DNA of 64,000 nucleotides from Bdellovibrionales bacterium (GTDB lineage: Bacteria; Bdellovibrionota; Bdellovibrionia; Bdellovibrionales; UBA1609). Positions within the stretch are counted from its first letter, which is position 1. Every line of letters starts with the position of its first letter. Under the pieces are notes generated by a model. That model did no database searches. It saw nothing but the letters and a program-made list of their open reading frames with translations, and was not told where the DNA came from. The stretch covers positions 96,001 through 160,000 of the forward strand of contig CBDHDF010000007.1 of assembly GCA_965261545.1 (NCBI GenBank), read 5' to 3'. Made by a program: the position numbers and the translations under genes. This document shows positions 32,900 through 44,588 of this stretch, one piece after another.

Positions 32900-35800
32900 T
32901 CATTGAGGAATACATTTGATTATGCATGCCATTTCCCGGGGAAGCTCTAACGCGAGATAGGACGATTTTGTAACACCAAGGGCCTTGCATGTTGATATAT
33001 CAGTGGCAGAAGGTACCCGAGTGCTGCTTTCACCAATGCCTTTGGCCGCTTTGAAGCTGTGCCATGAGGAGGATCGGTTGTAGGAGCACTTTGCCCCCCC
33101 AGGATAAGTCTTTGAGGGATCTTAAGACTAATGAATAGCTAAGAGGATAGGTTAAGGAAGCTCCCTTGTTGACGTATTCAAAACCGCTAGCCTCAACTAA
33201 TAGTGCTTTTGGTGGGCACATAACCGTTATCCCATAATTGTCTTTTGTGCAACCTGCTGCTGATGAATGGCCGAGCCTGTAAACTATTTTGTGTAACTGC
33301 CGAATCATATTAGGATGAACTATCATCCTGAAAGGAGAAGGCAAAATGGATATCAAGACAATAGGCAAGGAACTAGCGAAGAACGTCAAGACCCAAAAGG
33401 ATTTATCCGACATAACGGGTCAACTGATGAAGGTTGTTTTAGAGACAGCTCTTAATGCGGAAATGGACGATCACCTAGGTTATGAGAGGCATGAGAAGTC
33501 TGAGACCCGCAAATCCAACACTCGCAATGGTTACAGTAGAAAGACCATAAAGGGAGAGAAAGGCGAGGTGGAGCTTCAGGTCCCCCGTGACCGAAGTGCC
33601 TCCTTTGAGCCCCAAGTCATTCCCAAAGGCAAGACTCGTCTTGAGGGCTTTGAAGACAGTATTCTGACCCTCTATGCGAGGGGAATGACGACCAGGGATA
33701 TTCAAGGAGCTATCAAAGACCTCTACCATGGTGCAGAGATATCCCACTCAGTGATAGCCAACGTGACGGATGCTGTTATTGATGAAGTTACGGCTTGGCA
33801 GAACCGCCCCTTGGATAGCACTTACCCTATCGTATTTTTGGACTGTATCGTGGTGAAGGTCCATCAAGACAAGAGAGTTATTAATAAGGCGATTTACCTA
33901 GCTCTTGGTATTACAGAGGAGGGTCAGAAAGACTTGTTGGGCCTATGGATTTCTGAAAATGAGGGTTCAAAGTTTTGGTTGAGTGTTTTGACTGAGCTGC
34001 AAAATCGAGGGTTGAAAGACGTATTTATATTTTCTGTAGATGGTCTTACAGGTTTTCCTCAAGCCATTTCAGCGGCTTTTCCCAAGTCTAAAGTACAACT
34101 GTGCATTGTCCATATGGTCCGCAATTCCCTTCGCTATGTTCCTTCCAAGGATATGAAAGCTGTCGCCCAAGACCTCAAGTCCATTTATGGCTCTACGACT
34201 CTGACAGAAGCTGAAAAGGCCCTTGAGGAATTTTGTACCAAGTGGTCTTCAAAGTATCCGAATATTGAAAAGTCTTGGCGTAGGAATTGGGACAATCTCA
34301 TCACTATTTTCGATTATCCGGATGAAATCAGAAAGATTTTTTATACCACAAACGCCATAGAGTCGTTAAATAGCGTGATCCGCAAGGCGATCAGAAATCG
34401 TAAGATATTTCCCAGTGATCGGTCGGCTTTAAAAGTTGTATATTTAGCGATAAAAATGGCCTCTAAGCGATGGACACGACCATTACACAACTGGAAGCCA
34501 GCCATGAACAGGTTTGCCATTGAATACGGTGACCGTTTTGACAACTAAGTTTTTTAATAAGGTCCACCACCTGCCTTATAAGGGGGCTTAAAAGCCCCTC
34601 TAAGGCGTTGACAGAAGTACTGGAATACCGAGACTATGGTTAGGGTAATATAGTATGGGAACCTAAATACATGCCCTCTTGGTGCAGATTTGGGTTCCCA
34701 TTTTTTTTCATATTTCATCCCAATTCTGGTATTTCTCGAATATCCTAAGTTAAAAAAAATAAAAAAAAGGGGGTAATATAGTATGGGAACCTAAACACAT
34801 GAACCCTTTGATGAGATTGGAATTTCCATTTTTTTGAGAGAGCCATTGCTGATTTTTTTTCAACCAAGATGATAATTATTTATTTGAGTTCTTTCCAGTT
34901 CTGATATGATCCCATTACGGCTCCATAATACAATCAAAAGTCCAGAGTAACTAAAGAGGCCAATTATATAGACCAGCGAAGATGTCCACCTCCCCATTAA
35001 CTTATAATGCATTGTGACTGACAAAATCGCTTGAAGGAAAAAATGTCAATTATACATTGACGAATAATATGGGACTGTGCTTTTTACCAGGAGTGGAGCC
35101 ACATAAGTGGCTTTAAGATTTAAGAAAAAAATTGCAGTTACACAATTATTTTTACAGTCCCGAATGGCCATGCTCGCCAGCACATATAAACTCCCGTCTT
35201 GCACATTGTCTAGCATAATTTAGGTTCTTTAATCTCGGATTATGATAGTGGTACACTCCTTTGAGTTGATTGTCCGTATAAAGTTTGTATTTGTAAATAG
35301 CATTGCCTGATGGTGTTGTGTTAGCTGCTGCCACAGTGACTCCACAATGACTTATCGGCCTTGCTTCGGAGTGCCGCTGGCGGTATCAACGGAAAGAAAA
35401 AGATCAACGATCGCTGGCCTTATCTGTCTTGTGGGTGAATTAAAATCAATGGTGAGTTCTGCTTTATATTCACCAGCAGTTGTCGTCTTTACAATGTTTC
35501 TTGCCATGATTGATTTTGTGGTAAGTTGTGCTGTATTTCTAATGGGTGTATTCGCCGCCACAATGATATTGTCAGTTCCTGTAAAGTCACAACTTGTGCG
35601 AAAACTTCCTATGTTGATATCTTTAATCGGCTGATTTAATCTTGTGTCGATAGTGAAGGGACCCAAGTTGGAACCGACAGGAGTTGTTTGTTTGAAATGA
35701 CAATCACAGGTGTCGGGGTTTTGTATAGTTTGCAGAACAAATTGTTTTATATTGGCACGCACGAGTTGTTGTTTGATAGATTGAAGTTCTCTATGCTGAA

Positions 35801-36038
35801 ATGAAAGCATACTTATTACAGCAGATATGCTCAAACCCACAATGAGCACAGAGACCAGCGCAGCAGTGAGTGTGAAACCTTCACTCGATTTTATTTTGAA
35901 GGGTTGTGAGAACTGCTGCTGAATTATTTGTAAATTAATTATAAGATTTCTTTGAATACAGAAAATACGGGTATATCCGAAAATACGAAAGATCATCATC
36001 ATATTATATATGATTGTATCTATTTGTTTTTTTGTCAA
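32900..36038 (-). pseudogene. Prepilin/type II secretion pseudopilin-like gene, frameshifted and split by IS256
   Basis: GFTL + hydrophobic helix, then a frameshift near 35365 (GTP/EARPISHCG). The frame continues across IS256 (GHS|SAAGCT), with a probable second frameshift near 33095. Confidence 0.65.
33273..35161 (+). mobile_element. IS256-family element copy 1; transposase 33346..34548; long 3' cargo
   Basis: IRs gagcctgtaaactattttgtgtaactgc / gcagttacacaattatttttacagtccc and an 8-bp TSD gaatggcc. Motifs RNGY, VPRDR, DGL.GF, QLCIVH and YTTNAIES. Confidence 0.95.
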
Positions 36039-36380
36039 CTATTTCATCGAATTGGGCGCGAATTTGGTCAAAAATAACGACCGACACCAAGACGCGGCCC
36101 CGACACGTCTCAGATGGTCTCATCCACCACCTCCTTAAGCCTTGGGGGTCTCATTACTTGGCAATGAAGCAATGTAGATAGTACAAGATTCTTAGATTAG
36201 ATAGATAGGTATCAAGTTAGTTGTGGCCTTTTGTCAGATATTTTTTTAAAAAACACAAATTTTTATCAATGTCTGTTAAAATATATACGTAAATATTAAG
36301 TAAAGTAGATAAAGAAAAATAAGCTAGAAGCAAAACCCTTTGAGTTTTTAAGCATAAACATTGAGAGTCAACGAGGGTGA

Positions 36381-36989
36381 ATGAGTAAGGTGCCATATAT
36401 TTTGAATCCAGAAAATTTTTTCCGGGAAGAGGTTGCCAAGGCCCTTCAACAGTGTGGTATTGAGGCCATCCCCATGATCTCAGAGTACTTGGTGGGTCTC
36501 CTTCAATTTTATATGGATATAAATAATCTCTACGAAGAGGGGGATCCTAAAAATGGTGGCAAGAAATTGGACAAAACTCTTGCAGAAAGATTTTTCATGG
36601 CTCATTCTTCAACGCCCCATATTAAAAAGGATCTCTTAAAGCGCTTGGGAGATTCTAGCTTATACATAAGTGGTTTTTTTGGAGATTCTCTAAAGAGAAA
36701 GGTCGTTGATATTGATTATTATGCAAGCATTGGTGGACTTGCTTATGGAAGTCTCGCAGCTCAAACCCATGAAGATACCATAGCCAGAGTGTATGATGAA
36801 TTTGCTAATAGATTCTTAAATTATGTGGATGTTTTGACAGTTATAAGTCAGCAAGCCTCTATTCAACCCAAAGAAGATATATTGAGACTTTATGATAAGT
36901 ATATTGCCACCGGCTCTAATCTAGCCAAAGAGCAGTTAATAGAAATGGGCATGCTCAATGTCTCTGATTGTAAAAAAAGTTGTCAATAA
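36381..36989 (+). CDS. Conserved hypothetical protein
   Basis: 202-aa ORF with an RBS. LKRLGD..LYISGFF.DSL....VDIDYY...G..AY motif recognised from deltaproteobacteria-like proteins. Confidence 0.7.
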   Translation: MSKVPYILNPENFFREEVAKALQQCGIEAIPMISEYLVGLLQFYMDINNLYEEGDPKNGGKKLDKTLAERFFMAHSSTPHIKKDLLKRLGDSSLYISGFFGDSLKRKVVDIDYYASIGGLAYGSLAAQTHEDTIARVYDEFANRFLNYVDVLTVISQQASIQPKEDILRLYDKYIATGSNLAKEQLIEMGMLNVSDCKKSCQ

Positions 36990-37013
36990 AGAAAAACGTA
37001 TCTATTCAGGGGG

Positions 37014-37103
37014 CAATGCCGTTTCCTTAAGCCATTTTGGGCATATGGAAACACGCTCATAGGGGGTTAGGAGTCAAAGAGTGAGCTTAAGGAAACGGCA
37101 TTG
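37014..37103. mobile_element. 90-bp MITE with the IS4-family IRs
   Basis: caatgccgtttccttaagc...gcttaaggaaacggcattg, TSD attcaggggg, unrelated internal sequence. Confidence 0.9.
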
Positions 37104-37583
37104 ATTCAGGGGGTGTCACGTCCATTCAAATCTAAACTATTGAGTAATAACGTTCTTGGAAGGTGATAAAAGAGCTTCTCAGGATTTTGTGTTTTTGACT
37201 TTTTTACGCAGCTTTTCCACGTCTTTGGAAGTGAGTCTAGTACATAGACAAATCGCTTCTACCTCAAAGCCATTTTGAATCATTCGTAATGCCGTCTCTT
37301 CACGACCCTCTTCGCGACCCCTCTCGATACCCTTCTTAAGGCCCTTTCTCATTCCCTTTTCCTCAGCTTCATCCAAAGAACATTGCAATGCTGACATAAC
37401 TCTTTGATCCTCCTCGATACTTTTTTTTCAATCTTACTGAGTACGTTTAGAGTGAAATCTGAATCGTTTCGGTGGATATAATCCACCGCTTTTTGAATAA
37501 GGAACTTCTGATCCTTCTCACCTAAGTTTGTACCCATCTGAAACAACTCCACAATGGTCTCATGGCGAAGCTTCCAGATACTA

Positions 37584-39482
37584 CCTGAAATCCCTAAAAG
37601 TTGTAACTAGGTTTAATGTATTGCGTTAACTTTCCTCTCTTCCTATGGAATTGGCTGCTGTCAACGGTTTGAGAGGTTTAATAGTATTAATATATTTAAT
37701 ATGATTCATAAGAATTTGCTGCGAAAGGTCCTCTTCGTCCCCATTGGATAGATGAGGCATAGTGGTAGCCACAGCCACCGTCACATTTGAAACAGATAAA
37801 AAACATCATTTTGTCTTGGGAAGCCCATCTATTTGGAAGGCTGAAAAAATATCCTTTTGTTTTTTAGACAGCTCTCCAAGCATCAGATCACCTGTAGCTA
37901 ATTCATAAAATTTTAATCGGTCCATCATTTTGTAAATTTCTATTTTAGACATTTTTTTATATAACTTCTTATCTTTCATAACAGTATCAATATGTGAAAT
38001 TAAAATTAAAGAGAGAAAATTAATAAAGATGCTTCCCCTCATATTCATGAGAGAATGAACTCGACTTCTCCTTCCATTAATATCATGCTTGAATGAGAAA
38101 AATACTTTCTCAATGATATCTTTGTTTCGATATAAACTCAATATATTTGTTTTCTTTAAATCATGACTATTTGTAATTAATATCATAATACCCAGCGTAG
38201 AAGATTCTTCATTAATATTTTCTTCATTTAAAGAAATCTTAAATGGAGTGCAATCAGAGATATTGAGAAACCTTTTTTTATTTCCTAAAGTTTCTTTCAT
38301 ATAGGAACTAGCTTGTTCTTCTGATTTCAAATCTTTCTCAAGAAAGAGTTTCATAAAATCAAGCAACTCTTTCATTAACACAGATTCCTCATAAACCCTT
38401 CTTTCTTTGTCTAAGAAAATATGAGCCGTACAATCAAATCCTCCGATTTTTATTGATTCTTTGCAATGCGAATAAATTTCCTCATTAAAAGTAAAAGAGC
38501 ATGATGGAGATTTTATTTTCTCATTTAAAGCCACAGCAAGCTCTCTTGAGAGTTTTGTTCTAAAACTCATGGGTATCAAATACTTCAATTCCTTACGATG
38601 CAGTCCCTTAATATTTTCTACACTAGAAAAACCCTTATCCATAACTAAACAATCTAAATCTAATTTATAACTTGTTATGATCTCAATAATATTCGATAAA
38701 GTTTTGACATCCGGTATACTTCCAGGATAGATTCTGTACGCTATAGGCGTATGAGTTTTATTGTCTTCAGATTTCCTACTTATCAGACCTAAGTTTATTT
38801 GTTCGAGATTCTCTCCATCTCTGTTGTAACCTTTCTCTAAAAATTCATTATTCATAGAGTAGGAAGAAAAGGATGTGATGTCAAACATTACCGTACCAGA
38901 ACCCTTCACTTGATTTATCCATTCGCTAAAGAAAGATTCTATCTTTTTTTGATCTCTCCCAAGATCACATAAGAGATTGCTTATTTTTTGTGACGACATA
39001 AAATTTTTCTTTGAAACATAAGCTTCTTGACACCACATATCGTAAAGATAAAAGGGCTCTCTTTTGATTATTTTAAAAAAAGCTAAATGCAAATAATGTT
39101 CGTAATTATCTGGATAAATTTTAGACAATGTTTTTAGAAGATTTAGTTGTTCGCATATTTTCTCTAAGAAAAATAAGGCTCCCACATTATAGGAGCCTAT
39201 GGGAATCTTTTTTCTTTTGGTCTTAATTTGACCTGTAAACTCATCCTTTCTTCCAAGGTAGATGCGTTTTTGCCTGGCCTGCTTTTTTTCCTTGTCCCAA
39301 AAGCTTTCAACTTTATAGACATAGGTTTTTCCCTTATTTTTTTGCTCAAAAGTGTATGACATCGTTAATATTGTAACTATGCTTTTGAAGAGATGACAAT
39401 CTCTTAATCAAAGTGAAGGCCTTCTCAGACAATAATCAGGACTTAAGTCCTACACCTAGTTACAACTTTTAGGGATTTCAGG
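37584..39482 (-). mobile_element. IS1634-family element; transposase 37806..39362
   Basis: 28-bp perfect IR cctgaaatccctaaaagttgtaactagg and a 6-bp TSD atacta. Motifs FDITS.S, GYNRD, MDKGF and Y..KD.IEK.F. Confidence 0.92.
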
Positions 39483-39546
39483 ATACTACTCATTATAAGC
39501 AAAATCGGCCTAGAAAGCAAATTCCTGCCAACTCCACGGTAAAGGT

Positions 39547-42500
39547 CGAATTGGGTCAAAAATAACGACACCAAGACGCATCACATTAAAACACCTTCGT
39601 GGTGCCCGGGTTATGGTCCTCCACCTGGCTGGCTCATTATTCCGACACCGAGTTCCCACTTTTCTCTTTTTGAGTCAAAAATGTGCGTTGAGGAGACTCC
39701 CTCACTCAATAAGACACCGGTTGTTACGCCTTCTAAAACAGATCAGCCGAGCTACCCCTCTGTTGATCCTCTCAGTAAGATTGATCTTTGGAAACAAACA
39801 ATCAACGAGGGGGTCTTCAGTGAGGGAGTCGGCTGTTAATGCTTACTTAACTGCAATTTCAGGCTTATATCAACAAAGTTCTAAGGCTAAAAAAGGGGAG
39901 TTGCTAGATCATGCGGAACTGGTCACAAACCTCTCTAGGAAGCGACTCATAAGGAGATTAAACGAGATTCAACAAAATAATGGCTCTGTGCCACTCAAGC
40001 GGTCAGGGAGGCCTCTGGCTTATTCTCAAGAGGAGTTACGACCCCACATCAAATATTTGTGGGAACAAATGGAAAAAATCTCGGCTGTACGAATAAAAGC
40101 CGCTCTACCGGATTGGCTCCCCAATTATGAGTCGTGTCCTCCCCACTTAAAGCTTCAGTTAGAAAAAATGAGTGCCAGCACCTTGAAGCGTTATCTGAAG
40201 GAAATTCGCTTGGCTTCATTGGTCTCTAAGGGATTGTCCACAACCTGTCCTGCCCAATATATGAAAAATAAGGTTCCCATCAATACACTGGACTCCAAGG
40301 TCACAAGGCCTGGTTATATACAAACAGATACGGTTGCTCACTGTGGAACGAGTGCCCAAGGCCCTTTTATCAGCTCTCTTACAGTGACCGACATTAACAC
40401 CACATGGACCAATGCCGTTTCCTTAAGCCACCACACCCCTCTGCCTCTGCGTTAAGCTATTTCTTTTAAAAGAACTCCCAGCGCTTTTGATAGACCTTTC
40501 ATAGCTTCTTTTGAAGTGCCTCCTCTTCTCCATTGAAATCTTCATCAGCAACTTTATCTGCTTCCTAAATTTCTGATAGAGCCCCGCAACAAAAAGAGGG
40601 ATGCTATCCATTATGAAATCAAGAATCAGTTTAAAGTTAGGTTTTTTGTAGTCATTTTTTACCAACTGATTCACACTGTCTTCATCCTCATTTATGCTCA
40701 TTTGAATCTTTGTATAATTGAAGAGCCAAAAATAAGAATACAGCTCTTGCAATATTCCATTAAGGCTTGTTGAGTGCCACTGCTCCATTTTCATTGTCGA
40801 TGTAAAATCACGAAATGTCGTTTCTATTTCCCAACGACGAGAGTAAAGAGCAACCATATCCTTCTTGTCCAAGGAGCCATGCGGAAGATTAGTGGCCAAA
40901 ACAGAGAACTCCCCAGTCTTTGGGTTTTTATACTTATAGAGATGAATGACCACCCCCTCAATAACCATTTGTGAATACCAACCTGGGCCATTAAATAAAT
41001 TTACGATGGGGATAAAAGTAGAGCCTCGCTTACAACGCGCAATAAAGAAGTTACTGGCTTGAGCATGGGCCTTAATAATCTCTGTAGATAAATAAAGCCT
41101 ATCGTAGAGAGTTATGCTATTACTCTCAAAACTACCTATCATTTGAATAGCATTGGCGATTTCGTTGAGAGCGGGAGAATAGCAAAGATTCTTTGTCACA
41201 CCCGATAAAACGTCATAAGCATGAGATAGATACATACGTAAGAAATGAGTTTCCATCTCATTTGGGCAAGGGTACCCACAATAACCCTCCTTTAAAAGAT
41301 CTTTAGAGCGAGGAAGTGCTAATTGGTCGCCATCTATGGCATAGATATAAAAACCATGAAACGTTTTTCTCAATGGTTCGTAGTCTGTAATCAGAGATTC
41401 AAAGATATCTTTGAAAAATAGGTAAGAAATACTTTGACGTATCTTGCTGAGACTGCTTTTGACTGGCATGAGAAGCAGGTCACCAAAATGAGTCCATACC
41501 GTCTTAAGAGCGATTTGGTAGCCTTCGTAATTTGTTCCTGAAATAAGATAGATAATGGTAAAAAAGAAAATTTGAGGATTAAATTTTCGATTCCTTTTTT
41601 GTTTTTCTGGATCGACAAGGTGCTCTGGCTTGAAGGAAGAATCAAGTTTTGGTAGAATAAAATGGTCATCTGTGACGCGAACTCGTCATTTGGGGGCTTT
41701 CGAGATCAATATTGGATTGCATGTGACTTACTCCTTGGTTGAGGGTTGGGTGTAAAATAAAACAAGTCTTATTCTTGTCGATTTATCTAATGATTTCAAG
41801 AGATTTTTCTTAAGGAAACGGCATTGCCACATGGACCAATGCCGTTTCCTTAAGCCACCACACCCCTCTGCCTCTGCGTTAAGCTATTTCTTTTAAAAGA
41901 ACTCCCAGCCCTTTTGATAGACCTTTCATAGCTTCTTTTGAAGTGCCTCCTCTTCTCCATTGAAATCTTCATCAGCAACTTTATCTGCTTCCTAAATTTC
42001 TGATAGAGCCCCGCAACAAAAAGAGGGATGCTATCCATTATGAAATCAAGAATCAGTTTAAAGTTAGGTTTTTTGTAGTCATTTTTCACCAACTGATTCA
42101 CACTGTCTTCATCCTCATTTATGCTCATTTGAATCTTTGTATAATTGAAGAGCCAAAAATAAGAATACAGCTCTTGCAATATTCCATTAAGGCTTGTTGA
42201 GTGCCACTGCTCCATTTTCATTGTCGATGTAAAATCACGAAATGTCGTTTCTATTTCCCAACGACGAGAGTAAAGAGCAACCATATCCTTCTTGTCCAAG
42301 GAGCCATGCGGAAGATTAGTGGCCAAAACAGAGAACTCCCCAGTCTTTGGGTTTTTATACTTATAGAGATGAATGACCACCCCCTCAATAACCATTTGTG
42401 AATACCAACCTGGGCCATTAAATAAATTTACGATGGGGATAAAAGTAGAGCCTCGCTTACAACGCGCAATAAAGAAGTTACTGGCTTGAGCATGGGCCTT

Positions 42501-43891
42501 AATAATCTCTGTAGATAAATAAAGCCTATCGTAGAGAGTTATGCTATTACTCTCAAAACTACCTATCATTTGAATAGCATTGGCGATTTCGTTGAGAGCG
42601 GGAGAAAAGCAAAGATTCTTTGTCACACCCGATAAAACGTCATAAGCATGAGATAGATACATACGTAAGAAATGAGTTTCCATCTCATTTGGGCAAGGGT
42701 ACCCACAATAACCCTCCTTTAAAAGATCTTTAGAGCGAGGAAGTGCTAATTGGTCGCCATCTATGGCATAGATATAAAAACCATGAAACGTTTTTCTCAA
42801 TGGTTCGTAGTCTGTAATCAGAGATTCAAAGATATCTTTGAAAAATAGGTAAGAAATACTTTGACGTATCTTGCTGAGACTGCTTTTGACTGGCATGAGA
42901 AGCAGGTCACCAAAATGAGTCCATACCGTCTTAAGAGCGATTTGGTAGCCTTCGTAATTTGTTCCGGAAATAAGATAGATAATGGTAAAAAAGAAAATTT
43001 GAGGATTAAATTTTCGATTCCTTTTTTGTTTTTCTGGATCGACAAGGTGCTCTGGCTTGAAGGAAGAATCAAGTTTTGGTAGAATAAAATGGTCATCTGT
43101 GACGCGAACTCGTCATTTGGGGGCTTTCGAGATCAATATTGGATTGCATGTAACTTACTCCTTGGTTGAGGGTTGGGTGTAAAATAAAACAAGTCTTATT
43201 CTTGTCGATTTATCTAATGATTTCAAGAGATTTTTCTTAAGGAAACGGCATTGCCACATGGACAGAGTGTCGGGCTATGTTTACCAAGAAAGGGACGGAG
43301 GTGAGAAGGCAAATCAACAACATTAACCAAGCTATACCTTTTAAACTACTGGCCATGAACTCAGACTCAGGAAGTGAGTTCTTAAACAAGCCTGTCCTTC
43401 AATTCACCCAATTATCTAACATCAAGTTCACTCGTTCTCGCCCCTACAAAAAGAATGACAACTGCTACATTGAGCAAAAAAACTTCACCCACGTCAGAGA
43501 ATTGTTTGGCTATGAGAGGTTTGAAGATCCAAGGCTAGTTCCTTTAATGAATGACATTTATAAAAACCACTGGAGTCCCCTCCAGAACTTCTTTCTCCCC
43601 ACATTTAAACTTCAGGAAAAGGTACGAGTGGGAGCCAGAATCAAGAAAAAGTATGGCACCCCTAAGACTCCCTATCAGAGAGTTATTGAAAGTGGGGTAT
43701 TAAACCATGAGGAGGATGAAGCACTGAGGAGGCGTAAAGCTGAACTCAACCCCTTTGAGCTAAAGAGGGGACTTGAACTAAAACTTAAAGAGTTTTTCAA
43801 ATTAGTACGACAGGAAAATATCAAGGAGGTGGCATAAGATGAGCAAAATGACAAACCGCTCCTTGGTGTCGTTTACTTATGACCCAATACG
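39547..43891 (+). mobile_element. ISNCY/IS481-like element with an rve-type DDE transposase, split by two IS4 copies
   Basis: IRs cg(a/t)attgggtca...acgacaccaag and a 5-bp TSD aaggt. Motifs DTVAHCG, DSGSEF and FTRSRPYKKNDN..IEQKN lie across 39613-40409 and 43264-43837. Confidence 0.85.
40410..43253 (-). mobile_element. IS4-family copies 4 (40410-41826) and 5 (41837-43253) in direct tandem
   Basis: TSD ccacatggac occurs three times (40400, 41827, 43254). Confidence 0.95.
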
Positions 43892-44588
43892 AAGGTTTAT
43901 ATCATGGATATTCAACAACTTACAACGAAAATTGAGGATATTTTTCCCAAATTTTTGTCTTAAAACGGGAGTGAGTCCATCCAGAGAGTCTTGAAAATTC
44001 AGGGGACCCCTCCAGTGTTTTTGTCGTCCGTGATAGACCAGTATGGGAATGACCGGATAATTCCAGCGATTGTAAACAAGGGTCTGGTACCTCAGAATTT
44101 GTTGGAGAACTTGAGAATCCTGATGACTTTTGTGTTCGAGCAGAAAAAAAAGACGTACCCGTTTTTGGGACCCCTTGACTTGAACTGAGAATAAAAGGTC
44201 AATGCGCCGCTCATTGCCCTCTTCATCTGTAAAGACAGTTATTTCTGGTTTGAGAGTTTTCCAGTTAAAGAGCTTAAACTCCTGTGTCGTCAAGACAAGA
44301 CGGAAAATGTCTAGGCAATATCTCTCATTCAGGAAAGTTTCATTGAATAGAGCATTATGGGACTGAGACTGTTGTTTTCTTTTTTCTGAGATTTTCTTTG
44401 GTGGCAATGTCAGTGGAGTCCTCGCAAAGTCTAGGAATTCAAGTTTGTACTATTTTGTATCGACAATCACTCAGTGACATAAGTAAAGTCAAGTAGGTAG
44501 GCTTGAGTCAATGAGGCTAAGGTTGTTCAGATAGTGGGTGAGTTTATGGCTTCAAGTCAATGGCTAAAGAGGGCAAGAGTTAAGTAAA

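Larger units (their letters stand above)
37179..44407 (-). pseudogene. Second Rpn/YhgA-like gene, split by an ISNCY/rve element and IS1634
   Basis: Pieces 44407-43892 (RIDLLF, LLEHKS, PVIPILVYHG), 39546-39483 and 37583-37179 join in frame (DINL|YRGVGRNLL...MSSI|WKLRHE). Frameshift in an A8 run near 37425. Confidence 0.85.
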
